Shown here one piece after another: positions 45,192-53,222 of a stretch of DNA of 55,978 bases. The stretch covers positions 1 to 55,978 of the forward strand of contig CAZXZC010000001.1 in NCBI GenBank assembly GCA_964645125.1, read 5' to 3'. Position 1 is the stretch's first letter; each line of letters starts with the position of its first letter. Position numbers and translations under genes: made by a program. Under the pieces are notes generated by a model. It saw nothing but the letters and a program-made list of their open reading frames with translations, had not been told where the DNA came from and did no database searches. Source of the stretch: an uncultured Candidatus Saccharibacteria bacterium (GTDB lineage Bacteria; Patescibacteriota; Minisyncoccia; UBA6257; 2-01-FULL-56-20).

Positions 45192-45812
45192 CTACTGTGT
45201 ACCACCTGTCTTGAGTTGTTGCAATAGGGCTGCAGTACGAGTATCTGCTGGCCATTTCTGCACTATTTTTTCTCCTATTTCTATGGCCTTGTCTTTCTGG
45301 CCCTGGGCACGATAAATACCAAACAACCCATACAGGCTCTGTGGTCTGCCTGGACCTAGCTTTTCGCTTAACTCAAAATAGCGCTGTGCTTGTTCAAGAT
45401 ATTCTTTTTTCCCCGTTTGGTCATACGCGGTCGTATGAATGAGCCCGAGCACATATGCGTCTTGCAGAAAGCTCATCCCCTTCTCCCTTTCGATGATCGG
45501 ATCAAAGTAGCTTCTCAAGAACGAGATAACTTCTTTTGTTACTTCAGCCTGCTTCCCGTTTGTTTGCACTAAACTCAATACGACGCTTGCAGTGTTTCGC
45601 ACTACCTCCTCTTGTCCAATCGGAGAGGCTGCATCAAGCGCGGGAATTAGCTTGTTTTCAAATTCTGCTAGCGATTTTGCATCTCTTACAGAGCGCAGTG
45701 CTTCTATAAAAGCAATAGATTTGTTATACGGAAGATACGAGCCCCAATATATTCCAACAGCAATCAAGCACGCGGATCCGATGGCAATAATCTTTTTAAC
45801 TTCGGTGTTCAT
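45192..45812 (-). CDS. Membrane-anchored hypothetical protein with a TPR-like C-terminus
   Basis: The 206-aa protein has an N-terminal TM helix (IIAIGSACLIAVGIYWG) and a C-terminal TPR-like helix pair (AQRYFELSEKL..YGLFGIYRAQGQKDKAIEIGEKIV). Confidence 0.5.
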   Translation of the reverse strand: MNTEVKKIIAIGSACLIAVGIYWGSYLPYNKSIAFIEALRSVRDAKSLAEFENKLIPALDAASPIGQEEVVRNTASVVLSLVQTNGKQAEVTKEVISFLRSYFDPIIEREKGMSFLQDAYVLGLIHTTAYDQTGKKEYLEQAQRYFELSEKLGPGRPQSLYGLFGIYRAQGQKDKAIEIGEKIVQKWPADTRTAALLQQLKTGGTQ

Positions 45813-45817
45813 AGTGG

Positions 45818-47164
45818 TTATTGGTTTGATTTTACGCGATGCACGACCATTGTTGTTTTTGAATAGAATAATACTAATCCTGAAACCATTATGAGATTGA
45901 TATATATTGGCAACACGTCAAATAGCGCAAGCGCTTGTACAAAATAGGCACTCATTAACCCAAGCAGCAGCGGTTGAGCCACGTGATGCTGCTTCATATT
46001 TCTTATAACTGACCACGCAAGTGTACCCAAAAACCCAAGATACGAAAGCGTGCCAATAATTCCTGTTGTTGAGAGATAATCGAGTAGTATATTGTGCGCG
46101 CGATCAAACCAGGTTTCGGTAGTTTGATTGGGGTTAAAGTGCCGAGGATCAAAGTGTTTATCAAATGCCGCACTAAAGTTTTCTGGTCCCCAACCAAAAA
46201 ATGGATACTCTTTAAACCCTGCCCATGCCGAACCCCAAGTCCATATGCGAGTCTGGAGACTATCTGCTCCAATATTGATATCGAGTAATCGAGCCCCTGG
46301 TATTTTTTTGTCAGCAATAGTGCCACGGATACTATATAACCCTCCATATATAAGAATGCACGCTCCAAGAAATCCAAGCAGAGGGAGTCGTGCTTTTTTT
46401 ATTTTCAATGCTGCGAATAAACCACCTACTGCTACCCCCGCAATCAGACCTACAAACGCACCTTTTGTTTGCGAAAGGATAAAGAAGAGAAAAAAGAATG
46501 CGATAAGTGTTCCATACGCAATTTTTGTCCAAATATTTTTTGCTTCCCCTAATAACCACCCAGCATATGCCATCACAAACATAAGGTAGGGTGCAACATA
46601 CGCGGGGTTGCCCAGCGATCCCTGAAATCGATTCCCGGGACCAAACAATTCCTTTATAAGATTGAATTTGTCAGCACCATATGGCCCAATAAACCCAGGT
46701 TGTCCAGCTGCAGCAAGTACCCCGTAAAGTATCATTCCTACCCCTGCTGCGAGTGATACCCACAATGCCATACGCCACTTTTCTAGGGTGTCGAATAAAA
46801 GTGCCGCCAAGAAAAACCAGGCGTAGTAATGAACCATCTGAAATGCGCCTTCGCCACGTTCGAAGTTTGACCAAATTGCCCCGTGTGGATTATCGGCAAG
46901 TATCGCAGCCAGACAAAACGCAGCAACAAACAGAGACAGGCCTAGAAATACTGGGTGTCGCTTTATTGCATCAAAGCGCTTTTTGAACTCCCCGGCTGGT
47001 GCTTCAAACCCCCACCACAACACAGTTGCGATACCAGCTAAACCTACACAGGTTCGAAAAAAGTAATATTTACCTCCAATAAACGGGAAAAATGTGCCGG
47101 TTGCCACAATAAGTACACTTAAAAGCGCGCCATACAAGCAATACTGGGCAATAGTTTTAAACAT
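45818..47164 (-). CDS. O-antigen ligase / Wzy-like polytopic membrane protein
   Basis: The 448-aa protein has about 10-12 TM helices. Its Wzy_C-like core (ILSQTKGAFVGLIAGVAV) is followed by an extracytoplasmic loop containing WGSAW..FKEYPFFGWGPENF. Confidence 0.8.
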   Translation of the reverse strand: MFKTIAQYCLYGALLSVLIVATGTFFPFIGGKYYFFRTCVGLAGIATVLWWGFEAPAGEFKKRFDAIKRHPVFLGLSLFVAAFCLAAILADNPHGAIWSNFERGEGAFQMVHYYAWFFLAALLFDTLEKWRMALWVSLAAGVGMILYGVLAAAGQPGFIGPYGADKFNLIKELFGPGNRFQGSLGNPAYVAPYLMFVMAYAGWLLGEAKNIWTKIAYGTLIAFFFLFFILSQTKGAFVGLIAGVAVGGLFAALKIKKARLPLLGFLGACILIYGGLYSIRGTIADKKIPGARLLDINIGADSLQTRIWTWGSAWAGFKEYPFFGWGPENFSAAFDKHFDPRHFNPNQTTETWFDRAHNILLDYLSTTGIIGTLSYLGFLGTLAWSVIRNMKQHHVAQPLLLGLMSAYFVQALALFDVLPIYINLIMVSGLVLFYSKTTMVVHRVKSNQ

Positions 47165-47183
47165 TGATTAATTTTAGTTTTGA

Positions 47184-48710
47184 TTATCGAGCGTATTCAA
47201 CGGCTCGAAGCTCGCGAATAACATTTACCTTTATCTCGCCTGGGTATTTTAATTCGGATTGGATGCGATTGGCAATCTCCCGAGCCATTTCAAGTGCCCG
47301 GAAATCATCTATTTTCTCAGGTACTACAAACACTCGAAGCTCGCGCCCAGCCGATATGGCGTAGGCTTGGCGCACTCCGTTAAAGTCACCCGCGATTCGT
47401 TCAAGATCGGCGAGTCGCTTGATGTAATTTTCAACCGTCCCGCGCCGTGCGCCAGGCCTACCAGCAGATAAAATATCTGCCGCAGTTACAATGTATGATT
47501 CGGGCGAAGCATATGGGTAGTCATCGTGGTGCGACTGCATAGCCCAAATAATCTCTTCTTCAACGCCATATTTTTTTAATAATTTTCGACCCAAATCAAC
47601 GTGCGTACCCTCTACTTCATGATCGATGGCCTTGCCAATATCGTGTAAAAGCGCTCCTTTTTTCGCTACATACACATTCAAGCCTAGCTCTGCGGCGATC
47701 ATACCAGCCACATGCGCCATTTCTATGGAATGAGTAAGTACGTTTTGGCCAAAACTGGTGCGGAAATGGAGGCGACCAAGTAACTGTACAAGCTCTTTTG
47801 GCAAGTCAAACACTCCTACTTCCGTCGCCGCTGCTTCACCGATACTCATCATGCGATTGGCCAACTCTACCCGCGCCTCTTCTACTTTTTCTTCAATGCG
47901 CGCTGGTTGAATACGGCCGTCTTTTATCAGTTTTTCCAGAGCGGCATAGGCAATTTCACGACGAGCAGGATCGAATGAGGAAATCATAATACTATCGGGT
48001 GTTTCGTCTATAATGAGCTCTACTCCCGTTGCTCGTTCAATTGCTTTAATGTTACGACCCTCGCGACCAATAATTTTGCCTTTTAAGTCCTCATCTTTTA
48101 AAGGAAAAAACGAGGTGGTGGTGTCTGCCACATGTGTACGTGCATAGCGTTGTAAAGCGGTGGTGATAATCTCGCTCGCCTTTTTTTCTATTTCTTCTTT
48201 TCGTTCCTTAAATAATTTTTGGAGCGTGAGGCTTAAATCTTCTTGATGAAATTGTCGTGTTTGCTTCAACAGCTCCTCTTTTGCTTGGGTAGTGGTGAGG
48301 CCCGCGATTTTTTCTAGTTGTTCGCGATGTTCATGTTCCCTGGCTTGTAGCATCTGTTCGTGCTCTGCCATTTTTTTACTGGCATGTTCCAGTGCTCGCT
48401 CCTTTTCTTCTAGAGCTATAATTTTTTTATCGAGTACGAGCGCGCTGGCGGCAACAGCTTCTTGTGCTTGCGCGAGCTGAGTCTGTGTTTTTTCTACCGC
48501 GCGGCGTGCGTCTTCACCGATCTGACGCGCCGCGTATTGTGCTTCTTTTTCTATGTGGCGGGCTGTCTCGTGAGCTGTATCGATTATTTTTTTTGCCTCT
48601 TGTTCGCTGCGGCCTGCTCCAATACGCGCGATATAACTGCGAATCCAAAACCCTACCCCCGCTGATACAAAAACACCGACCAAAAACCATGCCGTGATGG
48701 GAAGTTGCAT
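47184..48710 (-). CDS. rny: Ribonuclease Y
   Basis: The 508-aa protein has an N-terminal TM helix and a coiled coil. It also has a KH domain (GKIIGREGRNIKAIE) and an HD domain (HSIEMAH..LHDIGKA). Confidence 0.96.
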   Translation of the reverse strand: MQLPITAWFLVGVFVSAGVGFWIRSYIARIGAGRSEQEAKKIIDTAHETARHIEKEAQYAARQIGEDARRAVEKTQTQLAQAQEAVAASALVLDKKIIALEEKERALEHASKKMAEHEQMLQAREHEHREQLEKIAGLTTTQAKEELLKQTRQFHQEDLSLTLQKLFKERKEEIEKKASEIITTALQRYARTHVADTTTSFFPLKDEDLKGKIIGREGRNIKAIERATGVELIIDETPDSIMISSFDPARREIAYAALEKLIKDGRIQPARIEEKVEEARVELANRMMSIGEAAATEVGVFDLPKELVQLLGRLHFRTSFGQNVLTHSIEMAHVAGMIAAELGLNVYVAKKGALLHDIGKAIDHEVEGTHVDLGRKLLKKYGVEEEIIWAMQSHHDDYPYASPESYIVTAADILSAGRPGARRGTVENYIKRLADLERIAGDFNGVRQAYAISAGRELRVFVVPEKIDDFRALEMAREIANRIQSELKYPGEIKVNVIRELRAVEYAR

Positions 48711-48798
48711 AGGAATAGATTGATGAGATGTGATTTCATACCCTTGTACTTCAAGTGTAGCGGACTCTGCACAAAATACCTACTTATCACGCAATGGG

Positions 48799-48804
48799 TA
48801 TAAT
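48799..48804 (+). promoter_or_regulatory. TATAAT -10 box only 8 nt upstream of the gpmI ATG (leaderless-type spacing)
   Basis: The sequence reads gggTATAATacttatatATG. There is no Shine-Dalgarno between the box and the start codon at 48813. Confidence 0.45.
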
Positions 48805-48812
48805 ACTTATAT

Positions 48813-50342
48813 ATGCGACGAACTGTTCTATTGGTGGTGCTTGATGGATTTGGACTTGGCCCCCAAGACCATTCAAATCCAGTGTGGGCAGCACAACCAA
48901 AAACTCTTTTGGGCCTGATGCGCGACTACCCCACCACCAGCCTGCAAGCTTCTGGCATTGAAGTGGGGTTGCCGTGGGGCGAGATAGGAAACAGTGAGGT
49001 TGGGCATTTAACTCTTGGGGCAGGCAGGGTGATGTACCAACACTTTCCACGCATCACCATGAGCATTCACGATGGGTCATTTTTTAAAAATGAAGCGCTC
49101 ATGAACGCACTAGCTCATGCCAAAACACAGAATCGCCCTATTCATTTTGTAGGGCTCTTAACTGACGTACCAGTACACGCTCATATTGAGCATCTGCAGG
49201 CGCTGATGAAGGCAGCAACTGATGCGGGCGTACCTTTTTGGCTCCATTTATTCACTGATGGGAAAGATAGCGTGCCGCACAGCATTACCAAGCTGCTTGC
49301 GCGAATTCCCCAAGAACGAATCGCCAGTATCAGCGGCAGATACTACGGCATGGATCGCACTGACAACTGGGACTTAACAAAACAGGCACGAGCAGCAATG
49401 ACGGGCGAGGTTGCCGTCTCTACTAGCTCAGTCGCTACTGTTATCGAGGCGCATCTAAACGGCACTCAATCCGAAGAATTTTTACCGCCGGTTCGACTTG
49501 CGCAAGACGGTGCAATCACCAATGGAGACAGCGTGTTTTTCTTTAATTTTCGGGAGGATTCGATGCGTCAAATTGGAGAAAGCTTTTTACTCCCTGGCTT
49601 TTCGCAGTTCCCCACAACACCTCTGACTGATTCATTTTTTGCAACAATGACGCGCTATAAAGCAGAGTTTGTGTGTCCTGTTGCCTTTGATACACAGGTT
49701 GTTACCCACCCCTTGGCTGAAGTTTTGGCAAGCGCAGGCAAAACACAGCTGCGCATTAGCGAATCATACAAGTACGCGCATATCACCTATTTTTTCAATG
49801 CGCTCACCGAAAAACCATATGCAAATGAGTATCGAGTACTTATCCCCTCGCTTCAGGTGACCAATATGGCAGAGCATCCGGAGTTGCGCGCCCGCGAAAT
49901 TGGGGATCGAGTCTTGCAGGCTCTGGCTGAGCAGTCATTTGACTTCGTGCTTGTGAACTTCCCGAATGGCGACATGATTGGGCACACTGGCAATTACGAT
50001 GCATGCGTAAAAGCAGTTCAGGTACTCGACGAACAGTTGGCGCGAATCATGGAGACGGTCGGCGGTAACGGCGCGATTGTGTGCATTACCGGCGATCACG
50101 GCAATGTAGAGCGAGTGTTTAACCCGGTAACTGGCAGGCCTGACACCGGACACGATCCCAATCCTGTGCCCTTTATTCTTATTGCCCCCGAACTCAAAGG
50201 GCATCGATTTTTGGTTTCAGAAAATCTACAGAACGACACTGGTGGCACCTTGGCCGATGTGGCCCCTACTCTTCTTGATGTAATGCAAATTCCAAAGCCC
50301 CCCGAAATGACAGGGATGAGCTTGTTGAAGTCGCTCATTTAA
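48813..50342 (+). CDS. gpmI: 2,3-bisphosphoglycerate-independent phosphoglycerate mutase
   Basis: The 509-aa protein has LVVLDGFGLG, GNSEVGHLTLGAGR, NFPNGDMIGHTG and TGDHGN. Confidence 0.96.
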   Translation: MRRTVLLVVLDGFGLGPQDHSNPVWAAQPKTLLGLMRDYPTTSLQASGIEVGLPWGEIGNSEVGHLTLGAGRVMYQHFPRITMSIHDGSFFKNEALMNALAHAKTQNRPIHFVGLLTDVPVHAHIEHLQALMKAATDAGVPFWLHLFTDGKDSVPHSITKLLARIPQERIASISGRYYGMDRTDNWDLTKQARAAMTGEVAVSTSSVATVIEAHLNGTQSEEFLPPVRLAQDGAITNGDSVFFFNFREDSMRQIGESFLLPGFSQFPTTPLTDSFFATMTRYKAEFVCPVAFDTQVVTHPLAEVLASAGKTQLRISESYKYAHITYFFNALTEKPYANEYRVLIPSLQVTNMAEHPELRAREIGDRVLQALAEQSFDFVLVNFPNGDMIGHTGNYDACVKAVQVLDEQLARIMETVGGNGAIVCITGDHGNVERVFNPVTGRPDTGHDPNPVPFILIAPELKGHRFLVSENLQNDTGGTLADVAPTLLDVMQIPKPPEMTGMSLLKSLI

Positions 50343-50355
50343 TGAAGTTTATTTT

Positions 50356-50481
50356 TGACTAACTCCGATACCTTTCGAAAACAGCTTCATTTTTTCTGCA
50401 GAAAAAATGAGCTTCTCCCTCATAAAAATTTCTGCTGAAATTTTTACTCCGGCATGTTCCGAAAAATATCGGAGTTAGTCA
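50356..50481. repeat. 126-nt nested-palindrome element: a 15-bp perfect closing inverted repeat plus two internal hairpins
   Basis: tgactaactccgata (50356-50370) pairs perfectly with tatcggagttagtca (50467-50481). Hairpin 1 spans 50383-50413, with about 13 bp and one bulge centred on ctgcag. Hairpin 2 spans 50424-50445 (aaaaatttc / gaaattttt, 9 bp). Confidence 0.55.
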
Positions 50482-50526
50482 CGGCATATAGCGGATTATA
50501 TGTAGCTTCCCTTTTTCTGTTTTTTA

Positions 50527-50535
50527 TGGTATAAA
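50527..50535 (+). promoter_or_regulatory. Extended -10 box (TGgTATAAA) 8 nt upstream of the ATG at 50544
   Basis: The sequence ttttTATGGTATAAaggttctatATG shares the 13-nt string TTTTATGGTATAA with the tRNA-Leu promoter at about 52980. Confidence 0.45.
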
Positions 50536-50543
50536 GGTTCTAT

Positions 50544-50894
50544 ATGCATGCGATCGGTAAGATCATCATTATGTGGGCAGCGAATGTCCTGGCTCTTTTG
50601 ATTGCTACGTATTACATTCCTGGTTTTCATGTGCGGTTTACCCCCGAGGATTTGCTGGTGGTCGCAGCAATATTAACGCTTTTGGGCTTAACCATTCGGC
50701 CGCTTCTGACGCTGTTGTTTGGTCCGGTTATTATATTGACTTTGGGGCTGGGCTTGATTATCGTAAACGCTATTGTGTTAAAGGTTTTGGATGTGTTGTC
50801 GCCAGCAGTTACTATTACGGGCATTATGCCGTTGGTGTATAGCGCTATTCTTATTGGAGTTATTAACTTTTTATTCCACGCCACCGAGCGATAA
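50544..50894 (+). CDS. Phage-holin-family-4 (DUF360)-type small membrane protein
   Basis: The 116-aa protein has four TM segments. The pattern WAANVLALLIATYYIPGFHV...RPLLTLLFGPVIILTLGLGLIIVNAIVL is typical of this family. Confidence 0.7.
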   Translation: MHAIGKIIIMWAANVLALLIATYYIPGFHVRFTPEDLLVVAAILTLLGLTIRPLLTLLFGPVIILTLGLGLIIVNAIVLKVLDVLSPAVTITGIMPLVYSAILIGVINFLFHATER

Positions 50895-50906
50895 TATTTT
50901 TCTTTT

Positions 50907-51122
50907 ATGACACTCTCTCTTATTCAAATTGTTTTGGCAGTGCTGATTGTGGCATGCATTTTGCTCCAAGAGCGTTCTTCGGGTGTCTCGAGTTTTTTGG
51001 CAGGAGGTTTTGATGGCGGTGGATACCAGACTCGTCGCGGCATGGAGCGTGTTGTGTTTTATGGAACCATTGCGTTGGTGGCTGCATTTGTGCTGTTGGC
51101 ATTGTGGCAAGTGCTTCGGTAA
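50907..51122 (+). CDS. secG: Preprotein translocase subunit SecG
   Basis: The 71-aa protein has two TM helices separated by a G-rich loop (ILLQERSSGVSSFLAGGFDGGG). Confidence 0.8.
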   Translation: MTLSLIQIVLAVLIVACILLQERSSGVSSFLAGGFDGGGYQTRRGMERVVFYGTIALVAAFVLLALWQVLR

Positions 51123-51241
51123 AGACCGGAATTAAGAAGTGGGAATAAAGAATTAAGGTTTTATACAGAATGCACCTTTGTATTACCCATAATTCATACT
51201 TCTTTATTCATTATTCTTGTCTTTAGGATATACTTATCTTC

Positions 51242-52879
51242 ATGGGATTACTAAGTCGCGTATTTGCATCGTTTACCGCCGGCGAGCGCCGAGTGTTTTG
51301 GGTTGCGGTAGCACTTCTTGCACTGTCGATGTGTGTTGCTGTTTTTTCAATCGCATTCTGGCGCAGTGGCACACCTACATTTGGTGGGCAAACATTGGTA
51401 GAAGGCGCCGTAGGACAACCAAAAGATCCCAACCCCGTGCTTGCGGCCACAGACGTAGATCGCACTCTGGTGCGACTCGTGTTTAGTAGTCTTTCTGATG
51501 TCGCCAGTAAGATTGAAGAAAAACAGGCAAGCAACGCGACGGTCTGGCGCATTCGACTCAAAGAAGCTGTATTGTGGCATGACGGAAAACGCCTCACGAG
51601 TGATGACGTAATTTTTACCATCGCGCGTATTCAAGAAGAAGACAGTAAATCCCCCTTGGCTCCTGTATGGCGCGGCGTGAAGGTGGCTCGGGTTAGTGAG
51701 CTCGAGCTGGAAGTAACGCTTCCCTCCTCTTATGTATTTTTCCCCGCAGCGTTTTCTCAATTGTTTATTGCTCCAAAGCATATTTACGCAGATGTTCCAA
51801 CAGCGAACTGGCACTTGAGTACATACCACTTACAGCCGGTGGGGAGTGGCATGTACGAATTTGCATCATACGATCGACTGGCAAGTGGATTTATTAGCAC
51901 TTACCGATTGAAAAGTTCTGCGCGGTACTTCGGTGAACATCCTGCAATCACCACACTCTCTTTTTCCTTCTACCCCAATGCCACGGAATTGTACCGCGCG
52001 TATGATGCTGGTGTGGTTGATGCATTTGGCGCACCAGACACTCATTTTGATGCAGTGGTGAAGCGACCCTACACTGCTTACTCATTTAACCTCCCTACTT
52101 CGTACGCGCTCTTTTTTAACCAGAGTAAGGCGCGAGCGCTTTCTGATGTCCGGGTTCGACAGGCAATGAATCTTGCGCTTAATCGCACACAAATGGTCAG
52201 CCATGCACTCGGTGGTCATGGGCAGGTCAGTGTGTTCCCTGCTATTGATGGCCTTGCCCCCGCAACAGCGTCCACTGCACCTGAAGAGGCAGCGACAATG
52301 CTTGATGCGGCTGGATACAAACTCAATGCCTCCGGAACTCGAGCGCACACCGATAAAACAGGTACAGCAACACTCGCATTCACGCTCACCACTCCTCAGA
52401 TCGATTTTTTACAAGATGCAGCGCACGATGTTGCAGCTGATTTGGCTCGCATTGGAATTCACATTACTGTTGTGCCGGCATCAGTTGCCGATATTGCAGC
52501 TTCGGCTCTCAAAAACCGCGACTACGAAATCCTTCTCTTTGGCACTACCCTTTCACCAACTCAAGACTTGTTTGCCTTTTGGCACTCATCTGCACGATTT
52601 GCACCGGGCCTGAATATTGCCGTGTACAACAACAAGCAGCTCGATACTTTGCTTGAGGTGATCAGACGTACGAGTGACCCCGCACAACGCATTGAGCAGT
52701 TTAATGCAATCCGCACACTCCTTCTTCGCGAACTCCCTGCTACCTATTTATTCTCCCCTACGTATAATTATGTTACCGCCACCACTGTTTCGGGGGTTGA
52801 GGCGGGTACTCTCACCGATCCATCGCAGCATTTTGCGGGTATTGCCAAGTGGAGCGTGAAGGGGGTGTTGGGAATATAA
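51242..52879 (+). CDS. ABC transporter substrate-binding protein, family 5 (peptide/nickel type), membrane-anchored
   Basis: The 545-aa protein has an N-terminal TM anchor. SBP_bac_5-like segments include VLWHDGKRLTSDDVIFTIARI, and LFFNQSK followed by VRQAMNLALNR. Confidence 0.85.
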   Translation: MGLLSRVFASFTAGERRVFWVAVALLALSMCVAVFSIAFWRSGTPTFGGQTLVEGAVGQPKDPNPVLAATDVDRTLVRLVFSSLSDVASKIEEKQASNATVWRIRLKEAVLWHDGKRLTSDDVIFTIARIQEEDSKSPLAPVWRGVKVARVSELELEVTLPSSYVFFPAAFSQLFIAPKHIYADVPTANWHLSTYHLQPVGSGMYEFASYDRLASGFISTYRLKSSARYFGEHPAITTLSFSFYPNATELYRAYDAGVVDAFGAPDTHFDAVVKRPYTAYSFNLPTSYALFFNQSKARALSDVRVRQAMNLALNRTQMVSHALGGHGQVSVFPAIDGLAPATASTAPEEAATMLDAAGYKLNASGTRAHTDKTGTATLAFTLTTPQIDFLQDAAHDVAADLARIGIHITVVPASVADIAASALKNRDYEILLFGTTLSPTQDLFAFWHSSARFAPGLNIAVYNNKQLDTLLEVIRRTSDPAQRIEQFNAIRTLLLRELPATYLFSPTYNYVTATTVSGVEAGTLTDPSQHFAGIAKWSVKGVLGI

Positions 52880-52964
52880 AATATAAATAGACACTAGGGT
52901 TTAGCCGTCCGCCTCCGCCAGGCACGCAGATGGCGGAGCCAATAGGGCAAGGTATTTCCGGGTT

Positions 52965-52992
52965 TTGTTTTTCTAGGGTTTTATGGTATAAT
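52965..52992 (+). promoter_or_regulatory. Candidate promoter for tRNA-Leu with an extended -10
   Basis: TTGttt lies at 52965-52970 and TGgTATAAT at 52984-52992, about 55 nt upstream of the tRNA 5' end. Confidence 0.5.
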
Positions 52993-53047
52993 AATCTTTC
53001 GGACTTTTTTTCATAAGCACCGAAGGTGGCAACGCTCTTACCTATAT

Positions 53048-53129
53048 GGGCAGGTGGTGAAATTGGCAGACACGTACGATTCAGGTTCGTATGCCGCAAG
53101 GCTTGAGGGTTCAAGTCCCTCCCTGCCCA
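53048..53129 (+). tRNA. tRNA-Leu (anticodon CAG), class II with a long variable arm; CCA is not encoded
   Basis: I folded it by hand. The acceptor stem pairs gggcagg with cctgccc and the D stem pairs gtg with cac. The anticodon stem pairs tacga with tcgta around the loop ttCAGgt. The variable arm pairs gcc with ggc (loop gcaa) and the T arm reads gaggg-ttcaagt-ccctc. The discriminator is A and the following bases are caa. Confidence 0.93.
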
Positions 53130-53222
53130 CAAAGTACCAAAGGGTTTTACTCCTTTTGAATACTCGTGCACGCGCTTCGCGCGCGAGCATTGTCGAATTA
53201 TTTATTCACATTTTTATTTTTT

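Noticed and set aside
51123-51241. A/T-rich partial inverted repeats (gaataaagaa / ttctttattc, aagaagt / acttctt) upstream of the SBP gene.
   Set aside because: The sequence is low-complexity and A/T-rich with several alternative short pairings, so this is not convincing as a defined structure.
52812-53171. A 119-aa minus-strand ORF.
   Set aside because: It runs antisense across the well-folded tRNA-Leu and its promoter, so it is an artefact.
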